A stretch of 63,754 nucleotides of DNA, counting the filler, from Olpidium bornovanus S191 (taxonomy: Eukaryota; Fungi; Olpidiomycota): assembly GCA_017911155.1 (NCBI GenBank). It is 31 parts of 31 records of this genome, joined end to end, with 100 filler letters (N's around TTAATTAATTAA, not from the genome) between each part and the next. Parts side by side here need not be neighbours in the genome. Positions count along the whole stretch, not along the records: positions 50,856 to 53,737 come from JAEFCI010002037.1; positions 53,838 to 54,940 come from JAEFCI010010195.1; positions 55,041 to 56,273 come from JAEFCI010003122.1; positions 56,374 to 59,423 come from JAEFCI010009411.1; positions 59,524 to 60,767 come from JAEFCI010002748.1; positions 60,868 to 63,754 come from JAEFCI010009152.1; 25 more parts are not named here. One strand, written 5' to 3'. The position numbers and the translations under genes are program-made. Shown here piece by piece: positions 53,380 to 63,754 of the stretch. Numbering within the stretch: position 1 is the stretch's first letter; each line of letters opens with the position of its first letter. The notes beneath the pieces were generated by a model. The model did not search any database. It had not been told where the DNA came from and saw only the letters and a list, made by a program, of their open reading frames with translations.

Positions 53380-53640
53380 CAACCGCACGCGAAGCGCAGT
53401 CAAAGTGAACTGCTGCTTGCCGCAGGGCTATCGGTGGCATTAGATTACAAGCGTAGACAGCAACAACCTTCCGGACCTCGGGCTGGAGGCCTTTGAAATA
53501 CTGTGCCGTCAAGGCACTTCATTGGATAACCCACTATTTGAAGTGTCAACAAGTCAAAAGGTTCTTTAGTGAAACCATCAATGGTGGCGCGTTCCTAAGG
53601 ATGCCTCGTCCTTCGGTATTTAGCCATCCCCTATCTTCCA
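53380..53640 (-). mobile_element. Degenerate Ty3/Gypsy gag-like remnant
   Basis: RHP*ERATIDGFTKEPFDLLTLQIVGYP, then a frameshift to SALTAQYFKGLQPEVRKVV. This resembles the Retrotrans_gag consensus QxxxTVxEYxxEFxxL...xxxxFxxGLxxEI. Confidence 0.5.
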
Positions 53641-54224
53641 GTTTCCCTTTTTTACGAAACAGTGCGAGAGAGTGTGTCGGAGCCATCGCGCGGTGCGCCC
53701 TCGCCGGTTCCTCGGCCTGCACCTTTCCGGTGCATGCNNNNNNNNNNNNNNNNNNNNNNNNNNNNNNNNNNNNNNNNNNNNTTAATTAATTAANNNNNNN
53801 NNNNNNNNNNNNNNNNNNNNNNNNNNNNNNNNNNNNNCATGCAGCATTTTTTTTTAAAAAAAAAGAAGAAAAAGAAAAAGAGAGAGAGAGAGAATGAGAG
53901 AGAGAGAGCCGTTCTAAGTGTGTCCAAACGATGCACATATCTCGACCGAGCCCTGAACGTGCCGACACAATTTCCCGATTCCGACGCGCCCTTCCCCCCC
54001 ATTTCCCTCCTTCCCGCCGTAAAATCGTCGTGGCGCGACCCGAATTTGGAGATCACGCCGGCTTCTTTTCTTTTTTTTGGACCTTTTCCCGGGAGAAAAA
54101 CGTAGAAAGTAAAGGGCGAACAAAATGGGAGTGGGGTGGGGCCCGGAGGGAAGAGGCCGAGCCGCGGACGCGCTGTAGATATTTAATATGCATAATGTTG
54201 GTGCGATTCGGAAGATCGTTAGTG

Positions 54225-54652
54225 TGCTGGGGTAACCCTGGTATTTTCTGTGAAAAACATAACCGAGTTCAAGGTTTAGGTTGAGCACGGAAAAGGAAGA
54301 AGCCCCTGTGACGTTTTATTCTCGTTTTCATTGGTCTATTCTCAAGGGGGGTTTTCTTTCCGGTGTACCACCCCCTTATAATTCCCACGCGGGGCCCTTG
54401 ATGATCTGGTACGTGCCCTTTGGGGGTTGTCCCGTTCTGGTTCGCCCTTGAGAAGGGGGGTTTGCAGGGGGTTCGCACTTTCGTTGATCAGTTTATGTAT
54501 TACTGTACAAGGGGGCCACGTTCCCCCTCCGGTGTCAGCCAAAACAAAAAAAAAAAAAAAAAAAAAAAATGCTCACCTGCCGGGTGAGCAAGGCAGACCC
54601 GGCAAAAAAGTAAGAAAGAATCTCTCAGAGAGAGTACCAGGGATAGCCCTGG
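54225..54652. mobile_element. Dispersed repeat family, copy C, with imperfect terminal inverted repeats (MITE-like)
   Basis: Core is shared with copies A and B. 54226-54245 (reverse complement AATACCAGGGTTACCCCAGC) matches 54633-54652 (AGTACCAGGGATAGCCCTGG) at 15/20. No target-site duplication seen. Confidence 0.6.
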
Positions 54653-55484
54653 GGCGCCGGCGACTTCGCCGGGCAGGCCGCCTCAGCCGCGCTGCAATAC
54701 AACCTCCAGGGCGAAATCTGGAGACAAGTAAGAGATTGGTCTATAATTATATTATTGGTTTATATCCTGGGAATAAATACCGCATCTGCGCCACACACCA
54801 GTGGCTGAACGCTTGGCTTGCTTGGTCGCAACCCCATTCCCAAGGGGCGAGACCGCCGAGGGCCCAGTCCTAACGCAGCAAGTTCTGCACCGCTGCCACC
54901 TCAGGAATTCGAATTGCACCAGATCTGGCCAATAAGCATGNNNNNNNNNNNNNNNNNNNNNNNNNNNNNNNNNNNNNNNNNNNNTTAATTAATTAANNNN
55001 NNNNNNNNNNNNNNNNNNNNNNNNNNNNNNNNNNNNNNNNCATGAATGGGAAGATTCGTCCACCAATGTCGATGAGCCTCCCAGAGCCACCCCTGCCAGC
55101 GCCGGCTTCAACGCCAACTTCAAGGTCGCTCCTAACCAATTCAACGACGAATGGGAAAGTATGTGCACCCCTTTGTGTTGTACCATTATATAGACAAATT
55201 TAGAGAATCGTTTTTTTTTTCCCCCAACGCCAGTGCGCCACGGCACGTGCGCGGGGAGAGAGGAGGGGGGGGGGAGGGGGGGGGGGGGGGGGGTGGGGAG
55301 GTAACCGGCGGACATTCCGCCCAACTCGAGCCGCCCGGCTCGACCGCGCCATGCCGCCCCCGCCCGTCCTGCGAGGGGGGTTCGCGGGGGAGTTTTTCGG
55401 GATCGACAACAAACGCCCCCGTCCTCGGGAAGAGGGGGGAGTCCGGCGGCGGAAAGAAAAAACTCGCGGGATGGCTCTCACTCT

Positions 55485-55556
55485 CACTCTCTCTCTCTCG
55501 CTCTCTCACTCTCACGTCCCAGTCCCGTGTGTGTGTGTGTGTGTGTGTGTCTGTGT
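55485..55556. repeat. Adjacent (CT)n and (GT)n microsatellites
   Basis: CTCTCACTCTC... followed by about 13 GT units. Confidence 0.9.
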
Positions 55557-56195
55557 GGGGAACACCGCACGTGCGGAGGACTCCCGGCGCGGGAATTCCC
55601 CTAAGGGGGGACACACACCGGCGTGTCTCGTCCGGCAGATCACGTGACCGGGAGCCGGGCCGACCGCGCGCACCGGCCGGTTGTATCTCGGGGTGTGTGT
55701 TGTGCACACCCGAATCTCCAAAAGATTTCCGGGCTCTTATGACATCATCCTCCCTCCCACCCGCCTCCACTAACCCACACTTACTTTGATTTTACGCCGG
55801 CAGGTTATTTTTCCTTGACTCGACGGGAACAGAAACGGAAAGGGGGACTGGGCGATGAATGGGGTGTGAGGACTGAATGGTGCCGTCATCAGGGATTTTA
55901 TAGCCGGCCCCTCGGTCCCTCAGTCACTCTGCCCCGTCAGCCGGCAACTTTTTCCTGTTGCCCCCAGGGATTTTTCTTTCGGCCGCCAGCAGGTTTTGGG
56001 AGCTTTTTGGCAATTCCTGCCCCTGTACGTCACACCATCACCCCTTCCTTGCTTGAGTGCCTGCCCGCTCAGCCTGTCAGGCCCTTCAGCCTCCCATTCC
56101 TGTCTGCCGGCAGTTATTTTTTTCTGTGGCCCCGGTAATTTTGCAGGAGGGCGTCCCTGCATTCTTTTTTTGGGGGGGTTTTTTTGGCTCCCTTT

Positions 56196-56258
<63 letters not shown>

Positions 56259-56403
56259 CCTTTTCCCCCCGCCNNNNNNNNNNNNNNNNNNNNNNNNNNN
56301 NNNNNNNNNNNNNNNNNTTAATTAATTAANNNNNNNNNNNNNNNNNNNNNNNNNNNNNNNNNNNNNNNNNNNNACCCCCCCCCCCCCCCCCCCCCCCCCG
56401 CCC

Positions 56404-56441
<38 letters not shown>

Positions 56442-56489
56442 TTTTTTTTTTTTCCCCCTTTTTCCCCCCCCCCCCCCCCCCCCCCGGGC

Positions 56490-56533
<44 letters not shown>

Positions 56534-57200
56534 CCTCCGCCTTCCACCTCCGATCCCTCCGCAGCAAGAAGAAAGAGGGGAAACAGAAAGAGAGTCGGAG
56601 AGTCGGAGAGTCGGGCGGGGCGGAAGTGCGACCGACCGGCCGGCCGAGCGGGGGCGTCCCTCCGCACACACGTGTCACACGCACACACACTCCCCTCCCC
56701 TTTTCCCATCCTCTCCCCGTTCTCTCGCGGACCGCACTCGCCCCGCACTTTTACTCCGGCATCCCCGCCCCGGCGACCGGACCTCTCCTCGTGAAGCGTT
56801 TCGCCACCGGCCGCGGGAAACAGGCAGACGGAGAGATTAATCTCTCGCACGAGCGAGACGCGGAAAGAGATAGGGCGAGAGGGAGAGGAGGAGAAAGGCT
56901 TCCCCACCCCAGAAGCTCCCGGTGACACGTGCGTCCTCGTCGCCTCGCCCCATCCCTTTCTTCCCGCCCCCCCCCCCCAGCCCGCCCCTCCCCACAATCC
57001 GGCTGACCATCGGGAAGGATCGCCGTGCTCGCAAAACAAGCGGGCCCGCGCGTCATCGCCTCCCGTGTGAGCGCCGTTGCGCCCGCCGCCTTTGCCGGAC
57101 CGTAACCCTCGCCTTCGGCTGACTCGCCCGTCGCCGGTTTCGCCCCGGCGACAGCGGGCCCAGGCGCGAAATTTCTCTGGCGTCTCCATTCCCGCGCGCT

Positions 57201-59423
57201 TTGTCGGACTCGCCGGACGTCACCACGGCGTACCGCCGCCCGCGCAACCGCAGCCGGCGGCCAAGTCGCGAAGAATCGAGGGCGGGGCCCCGCCGCCGCA
57301 GCCGTGGCCGGACTTATTCCCTCTCGTCCCTCTCGTCAGGCGACTGCCGCGACAGGTACTGTCGCCGCCGCGACATCTCCGGCGAGGGGGCCCGCGGGGC
57401 CCTCTGCGGCCGAAGTCGCAGCAGGAGCCCCTGCAGCAGCCGTGGTCGCGGCAGGAGCTCCGTCAGCAGCCGTGGTCGCGGCAGGAGCTCCGTCAGCAGC
57501 CGGCGTCGCAGCGGGAGCTCCGAGAGCGGCCGGGCCCGCGACAGGAGCTCCGGCAGCAGCCGGGATCGCGGCAGGAGCAGCAGCTGGAGTCGCGGCAGGC
57601 GACCCGGCAGCGGCCGGCGCCGCGGCGGGCGCTCTGGCAGCGGCCGGCGCCGCGGCGGTCGCTCCGGCAGCAGCCGGAGCCGCGGCAGGAGTTTCGGCAG
57701 CAGCCGGAGTCGCAGCTGCAGCCTCAGGAGAGTCTGCAGACGGAGCCGAAGACGCCCAATCGGTAGAGGTGCCAGCCGCAGTCGAAGCCCTCGTCGCCCG
57801 TATTACTACGGTGGCCGCCGCCGTTATGAAAACGTCGACCGGCGCCTTCCCAGCGACCCCCCGCGCCGCGACCGGTACCATCGCGACTGTTACCGCGGAC
57901 GCAGCCTAAGCCGCGGTCCAAGTCGTGGTCGCGGCCGGAATCGCATCCGAAGTCGCACCCGAAGCCGGACCCGCGAACCGTCGCCGGAGTGTAACCGGAT
58001 ACGTGAGGACCGCGGCGCGGGCCGACCGCGCAGTCGTGCCCGCCTCCCTCAGCCCAAGCACGCCGCTACCAGGGTCTCAAACGGCGTTGGCAATGGCACA
58101 TACCACCGGTACGGCCGCTCGTCGGATGAAGATTGCGAGCAACAAGTAGAGAGATCTTCCCGCGATCCGCCCGTCGTTTGTCGGAAGAGACATTCGGATT
58201 TTGGCCAGTCCCTCGACCGCGGCGGCCGGAACGACGGAGACGGTGGGCCGAACATCAAAGAGGACAACGACCACCATCGTCAGGCAAGTACCGGAATTTC
58301 GCACCCGCGGAAGCGTCGAAGGCTTTCTGAAGACGAGGAGGACAAATGTGCCGGCCGCCGAACACGTACTACGGTTAAAAAAGAGCCTCTCCCCGCCGCA
58401 ACGGTTCGCCTTGGCGGAAGAAATGACGACGCCCGCGGCCTGTGTCATCGTACCCGGTCATTGGACAGTCCACGCGGAGACCACGGGGAACACCAGGCGG
58501 CGTTGGCTGGGAGGAAGCGCAAGCGAAAAAAGCTCAGCCGGGCGGACCTTGCGGCGCTCGCCGAGTACTCGGACTACGGCAGCGGTGGTGAAGCCGACGT
58601 GAAGGCGAATGGCGTGTCATCGAGCGAGCGCGAACGGAGATCGCCGCCGCCAGCGGCTGCAGCCGTGCCCGCTTCGGCACCGGCTGAATTGGGAAAGGAG
58701 ATTTACATTGAAGGTAACAGCGAAAGCTCCCTGTCCGAAGTCGGCCTGGTTGATTGGGCCGTGACGACGATGGCCGAAGACGGTTTTGTCGCTTTGGACG
58801 CTGAGGATGCAGGGAAACGCAAACGACGAAAGCTCAGCCGGGCAGATCTAGCGGCGCTTGCGGAGTACTCCGATTACGGCAGTGGTGATGAAGCCGATGG
58901 GAAGGCGAACGGCGTGTTTTCCAGCGAGCCCAAGGGGATGTCGTCGCCGCCGGCGGCTGCTGTCGTGCCCGCTCTGGCGCCAGATGAATCGGGGGAGGAC
59001 ACCGATATCGAAGGCGACGGCAAAAGCTCAGAAACCTCCGTGTCCGAAGTCGGCCTGACTGATTGCGTGACGGGGCCGGTGGTCGAAAATGATGTCGCCG
59101 TGGACGACCAGGATGTGAGTAAACGCAACCGGGCAGATCGTTCGGAGCTTGCGGAGAACACGGAGCACTCGGACTACGGCAACGGCGAAGTAGCCGGTGG
59201 AAAGACGAATGGTGCGACGTCCGGCGAGCACGAGGGAGGGTCGCCGCCGCCGGCCGATGCCGCCGAGCCCGCTCCGGCACCAGATGAATCGGGAGAGGAG
59301 GTAGACATTGAAGGCGGCAGCAAAAGTCCCTTGCCGGAAGTCTGCCTGATTGATGCGGTGATGGGGGCGATGGCCGAAGACGGTTTCGCCCTAGACGAGG
59401 AGGATGTCAGCTTCTTGAGCATG
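57201..59423 (+). CDS. RS-rich protein with three ~100-aa acidic repeats (5' start not visible, 3' truncated)
   Basis: About 740 open codons. An SR/RG-rich N-part is followed by repeats starting at 58515, 58815 and 59121 (KRKRxKLSRADLAALAEYSDYGSG...DIEG...SEVGL...MAEDGF). There is no ATG before codon ~520, so an upstream exon is implied. Confidence 0.7.
57425..57720 (+). repeat. 30-nt coding minisatellite
   Basis: CAGCAGCCGTGGTCGCGGCAGGAGCTCCGT-like unit, about 9 degenerate copies, encoding SSRGRGRSSV-type repeats. Confidence 0.9.
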
Positions 59424-59523
59424 NNNNNNNNNNNNNNNNNNNNNNNNNNNNNNNNNNNNNNNNNNNNTTAATTAATTAANNNNNNNNNNNNNNNNNNNNN
59501 NNNNNNNNNNNNNNNNNNNNNNN

Positions 59524-60191
59524 GCATGCGTTCTCCACCGCCATAGTTGAGAACGGTGCGACCCTGATCCTGGTCCGTGAGGGCGGCGAAGAGCACGTCT
59601 TCGGAGGGTTTGCGGACGAGGACTGGAAGCCGAAACCGCACTTCTACGGCTCGAGCAGCGACTTCCTTCTGTCGGTGACGCCCCGCCTGAGGATCTTCAG
59701 GGCCACGTCCTACAACGTACGACCAGACCTTTTGCGCCGACCTCACTGGCCTTTGACGCGCCGAAACTGGTTTTTTTGGTGTTTTTTCCGCCGGTCTCCT
59801 TGGTCGACATATTTACGCGCTTCGCTCCTACCAGTCGAATTATCGGTATTTCACCTTCGGACAATCTACTCTCCGAAACGGGCTGCAATTTGGCGGTCAG
59901 GAAACGTACCCTGGTGTCTGGATCGACGCGGACTTTGAGCACGGCTCCTCGCGGCCTTGCACCACCTACGGAACGACGGCGCCGTTGTCCCGCTTCGAAG
60001 ACTTCCAGGTTGGCGAGGTGGAGGCGTGGTGCCTGTGCCCACCCGAGCGGGACGAGGACGCGGAAGCAGGGAAGCTGGCCAAGAAGAGTGTGCTCGACAC
60101 GCACGGCGACGCGGTATACATGCTCGAGGCCGGCGGGAGGAGAATGTATTCGAAGGAAGTCAGGGGTGAGTTTCGCCGAGGAAATAAATGA
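59524..60191 (+). CDS. TLDc-domain protein, MEAK7/TLDC1/Rtc5 family (C-terminal part)
   Basis: GATLILVRE..EHVFGGFADEDWKPKPHFYGSSSDFLLSVTP, then after an intron YRYFTFGQSTLRNGLQFGGQETYPGVWIDADFEHG, CTTY, FQVGEVEAWCL and KSVLDTHGDAVYMLEAGGRRMYS*. Confidence 0.9.
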
Positions 60192-61027
60192 TCCCGGCTC
60201 TTTTCTCTCACGCGTGCCGGTTCCAAAACGTCGACGCTCATTTTTTTATATATCAACGTCCCTCGTTCGTCCTGCGGTAATCGTTGGGTGCCCCCGTTCA
60301 GACGCCGACCTTAATTCCAACGGTGACAGCGACTAATAAACGAGTGCGGGGGATTTCGGGGTTTGATAATTACGGTTCGTTGCTGGACGGAAAAAACGCG
60401 GCCTTAACGCCACGTAACGTATATTCACCCCGGACAGAAAAACAGACAAATATCCATAGCTGGAACGTCATTTCCCGGCGGCGCGGCACTTCGTTGGCGG
60501 ACGAGGTGGACGGCGAGCAGAGGTTAGCGCGGTAACGAACCACACTTCCTGCGATTTTTGAGAAGCTTTTTAGGTTGCGGACACTATCCAGGGGGGGCCT
60601 GGAGGGTTGCAAAGCTTTGTGCTCAAGGAGAAAAAGCGCCGTGGGACATGAGCGGCGTTGGCCGACTCTTTCCGCTTGTCACCTGCTGCGAACTCTGCAA
60701 GGTAGCGGTGGTAATCGCCCTTCCTTTTGGTTTTGGTTTGTAATCGGAATCGAGCGAGAGGGAAGACNNNNNNNNNNNNNNNNNNNNNNNNNNNNNNNNN
60801 NNNNNNNNNNNTTAATTAATTAANNNNNNNNNNNNNNNNNNNNNNNNNNNNNNNNNNNNNNNNNNNNATGCCAGACGTTGCAAAAGACAGATATGCATTT
60901 AAAAAAGCAACTATCAATACGCGACAAACCAGCTCGGAAACTCCACGAGGAGCAACATTGATCATCACCTTCCGGTCCGGTTATCATGGGGTACGCATAT
61001 AGGCTTCCCCAATTCGGCCTTCCCCCG

Positions 61028-61770
61028 TGAGTTCTCGAAGACCCTTAGCTTGTTGTCGTACGAGGTGCTCGCAATCCGGTTGTTGGCGATCTCCAGTACC
61101 CGGCGTTGACGCTAAGATCATGATGCCATTCTCATGTCGCCCCTTGAATCCCGGAAGTCTCGTCCTTCCCGGCCGTACAGAGGACGGATGCCGTACGTCT
61201 CATGCTTCATCATCTTGTCTAGCGAGGACGTGAGGATGTGCCCCCCGTCGTTCGTCACGCTGACGCACCCAATCGCGTTCTCTGACAACTGAAACATCGA
61301 AGTGCTACCAGCGCGCCCACGCTGTACGCGCATGTCTCGCCGACCGGCTCGGCAGCCAGCATCAGAGAACCAGAAAGTGTTCGGGGAGTCGCGCGGGGCG
61401 TCCACGCAGGTGATCAGACTGTCGTTTTCATCGTCGACGTCGGCGGTCCGGCGTAAACCAGCGGGCTCTAGAAAAGTGAATGCCTCGGTGAATTTTGACG
61501 CCACAAAATCCAACTGCCGGACGACCCCGTCGTAGCTGCTAGTAAAGCGCACGCCGGGGTCCGCAGGGAGAACAGCACCCGGCTTATCGTTGGCGAGTGC
61601 GGTTTGATTGCCCACACCTGCGGGTCGGTGCCCTCGCCTCCCAGTTTTAAAAAGCCCAGGTATCGCGCTTTGTCCCTCGCTGCAAGAACCGGTTGCTCGG
61701 GGGACAAATGGAGCGCTTGCGAATATATTCGTTGCGGCCTGACCTTGCGGCCTGACCTTGACGGGCGGTC
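61028..61770 (-). pseudogene. CMR1: CMR1/WDR76 (WD40 DNA-damage-binding protein) pseudogene, intronless
   Basis: Across frames: PPVKV/RPQRIYSQALHLSPEQPVLAARDKARYLGF, KPHSPTISRVLFS/PADPGVRFTSSYDGVVRQLD, FQLSENAIGCVS...TSSLDKMMK, EWHHDLSVNAGYW and NNRIASTSYDNKLRVF. There are at least four frameshifts plus a stop. Confidence 0.8.
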
Positions 61771-63066
61771 GGCGCCCTCCCTGGGTCAGATTAGTCTCGT
61801 TGGGATTACCCTCAACAAGACCTCTGAAGTGGGCAAGAGGCAGGGCACGGTGTAACGCGCCCCTCCCAGACCAACCTCACAGCTCCTCATAAGCCAGCCC
61901 TGAGTTGCCAAAATGCCCTTGTCAAACCCCCGTCGTTTAACGTTGTTGCTTGACGCTGATCTAAACGGCAGCTTTTCGAAAAATGATTGCTCGGCATGGC
62001 CGTGCCTATATGTTCGAAGACTTGGAAATCGGCTGTGCCAATCCGCACGTGATTTCACCGCTGATTATATTTACTATTCCACATCTACCATGGTAATAAA
62101 AACCGATTCCAGCACCTCAACTCTATTATGATAAATTTATTGAAAGCTCAAGAACCGAGTCGCGTCAGGCGTTCTTGAGCCAGGAGCTGCCCTTATGCTT
62201 GCGGATGGTTTGTTATGCATAAGAATGATGAACAATTCATGTTTACTGAAGACTTACAACTGACTAAATAAAACGACTATTTAAAATACCGGTGTTGTTT
62301 CTATTCTCGAGGACTATTGCGGGATGTCAAGGTCGCCGAAGAAATGATCTGCAGCAGTGCCCCTGCCACTCAAGCAGAGGACAAACTATGTTTAGGAGTG
62401 CAAAACATCTGATAGCTGGTCGGACAAATAGCAAAGAACGTCTTTGGGCGTTGGCGACTTTCTCCAACCACAAACCTTTCTGCAGCTTTTCCTGATCATG
62501 CAAAATGCAAAATTGTGGCAGGGATTAAACCAGAGGAGGTGATCATTTTCTTTCTTTTCCGATCGGGAAGGAGCAATCCATCTTTTTGTTTTTTTTTCTA
62601 ATCGGGAACGCAGCCACGAACGACAACACCGCCCCAACCCCCACGCGGACGAGGACCTTGTTAACGGGCGGCGAATTCAACCCAACGGCAAACCCGCGAA
62701 CGGACCCCATGCGTCCCCGGAAATTCCGATTCGAACGGCAAACACAGGGCAGAACTCCAACGGCGACTCCCGCTAGACGGCGAAACAAGGACGAGGAAGT
62801 CTAGCAGGGTGACGACGTCCAAGCAAAAGGCGAGGGAAGGAAACTGCAGACAAGAGAGCCGTAGCCGAACGAACGCAGGAAGAACCGGACGGTCGAAAAA
62901 GACGAACGCAGTCCCAAACGCCGCAGCCCAGCTTCGGAGAGTTGGCAGAGGATAAAAACAGAAGCACAGGGAGCGGACCTTTGCGCAGAAGCCAGGGCCC
63001 GGCAAAGAAAGCCAGGGTGGCATTCTCGCCGAGGGCGCGAGCGCTGTATTCACTCGTTATTACTAC

Positions 63067-63141
63067 TGCCCGGCCCACTGCGCGCAATAAAAACACGCAC
63101 CGAATGCCCGGCCCACTGCGCGCAATAAAAACACGCACCGA
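63067..63141. repeat. Perfect 38-nt-period tandem duplication
   Basis: TGCCCGGCCCACTGCGCGCAATAAAAACACGCACCGA occurs twice. Confidence 0.95.
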
Positions 63142-63754
63142 CGTTCATGAAGAGTTCGTTCGTGGAGAGGCATGAATTGACGCTGTGACTCTCCGCGCAT
63201 TTCGCGCGATTCGCTCTCCCGCCTGGGGACCTACGCCCGTCCACCGTGTCGGGTGCTCGCGCCAATAAGCGCGTTCGCAGAGTGCGCTGATATCATCACC
63301 GGGCCTTTCGCCCCGCTCTTCCCCCCCATGCTAATCCTGCCCGCCAATTCCGATCGCCAAACCCAACCATCTGACACTCGCAGCCCCCGCCGGCTGCAGC
63401 ACCGAGCGCCAAGAAATGAGGGATGGGGGATGGAAGGGCATGGGAAGGAGAACCCTCCTACAAAATGCTAATTGATGAAAGCACGGGGATAGCTATGTTC
63501 GTCCTTTGACGGAAATTCTATCGCAATGCTTTATACGCGAGCGCAGATCAAGAGCGCATCCGAGGGTACCATTCGGTATGATGCCCAAGAAAAGTCGGCG
63601 CAGTAAGTAGTGCACTGATGCCGTCGCCGTTTGCATGAAATCTTCCGCCCGTCCCGGTTCACCCGCGTCCGCGTTCCAATAAATTGACCGCGGGCGCCAA
63701 TGTTCACACGCGACGCCCTTTACCGGTCCTTGGACCTCCGTCCTCCCGTGCCGC

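Noticed and set aside
60330-60460. LSm/Sm-like peptide YGYLSVFLSGVNIRYVALRP (minus strand)
   Set aside because: No upstream Sm1 motif exon is identifiable, so it is likely chance.
63480-63754. Retroviral-type aspartic protease-like fragments (VNIGARGQFI, GHHTE)
   Set aside because: The catalytic D(S/T)G is absent and the pieces are in different frames. Too weak to call.

Overview
This is not one continuous locus. It is 31 short (about 1-3.4 kb) eukaryotic contigs joined by 30 identical 100-nt spacers (44 N + TTAATTAATTAA + 44 N), so adjacency across spacers means nothing and nearly all genes are truncated. The DNA is GC-rich, with many GT-AG introns (CTAAC-type branch points) and long homopolymer runs. 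The gene content points to an early-diverging, probably zoosporic fungus: a fungal-type cytosolic Hsp70, a Jsn1/Puf2-like RRM protein, a PHM7-type channel tail, an axonemal dynein fragment and a condensin II subunit. An Olpidium-like organism is my unverified guess. Recognisable genes are a CSC1/OSCA-PHM7 channel, phosphoglucomutase, SEC27, a JSN1-like RRM protein, PRE1, a beta-carbonic anhydrase, a formin, RPS16, STT4, HSP70, a TBL1/SIF2-like LisH protein, NCAPG2 and a MEAK7/RTC5 TLDc protein. There are also degraded Ty3/Gypsy remnants, an intronless CMR1/WDR76 pseudogene, a frameshifted DNAH10-like fragment and a dispersed repeat family with three copies. Most entries in the supplied ORF track are GC-rich shadow ORFs. 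I found no clearly new multi-gene system. The best leads are condensin II CAP-G2 in a fungus, an intron-bearing bacterial/plant-type beta-carbonic anhydrase, orphan secreted effector-like proteins, the decayed copies of conserved genes, an uncharacterised MITE/LTR-like repeat, and a strong bias of contig ends to CATG. All homology calls come from my recall of family motifs, not from database searches. CDS spans are gene-level (introns included) unless stated.
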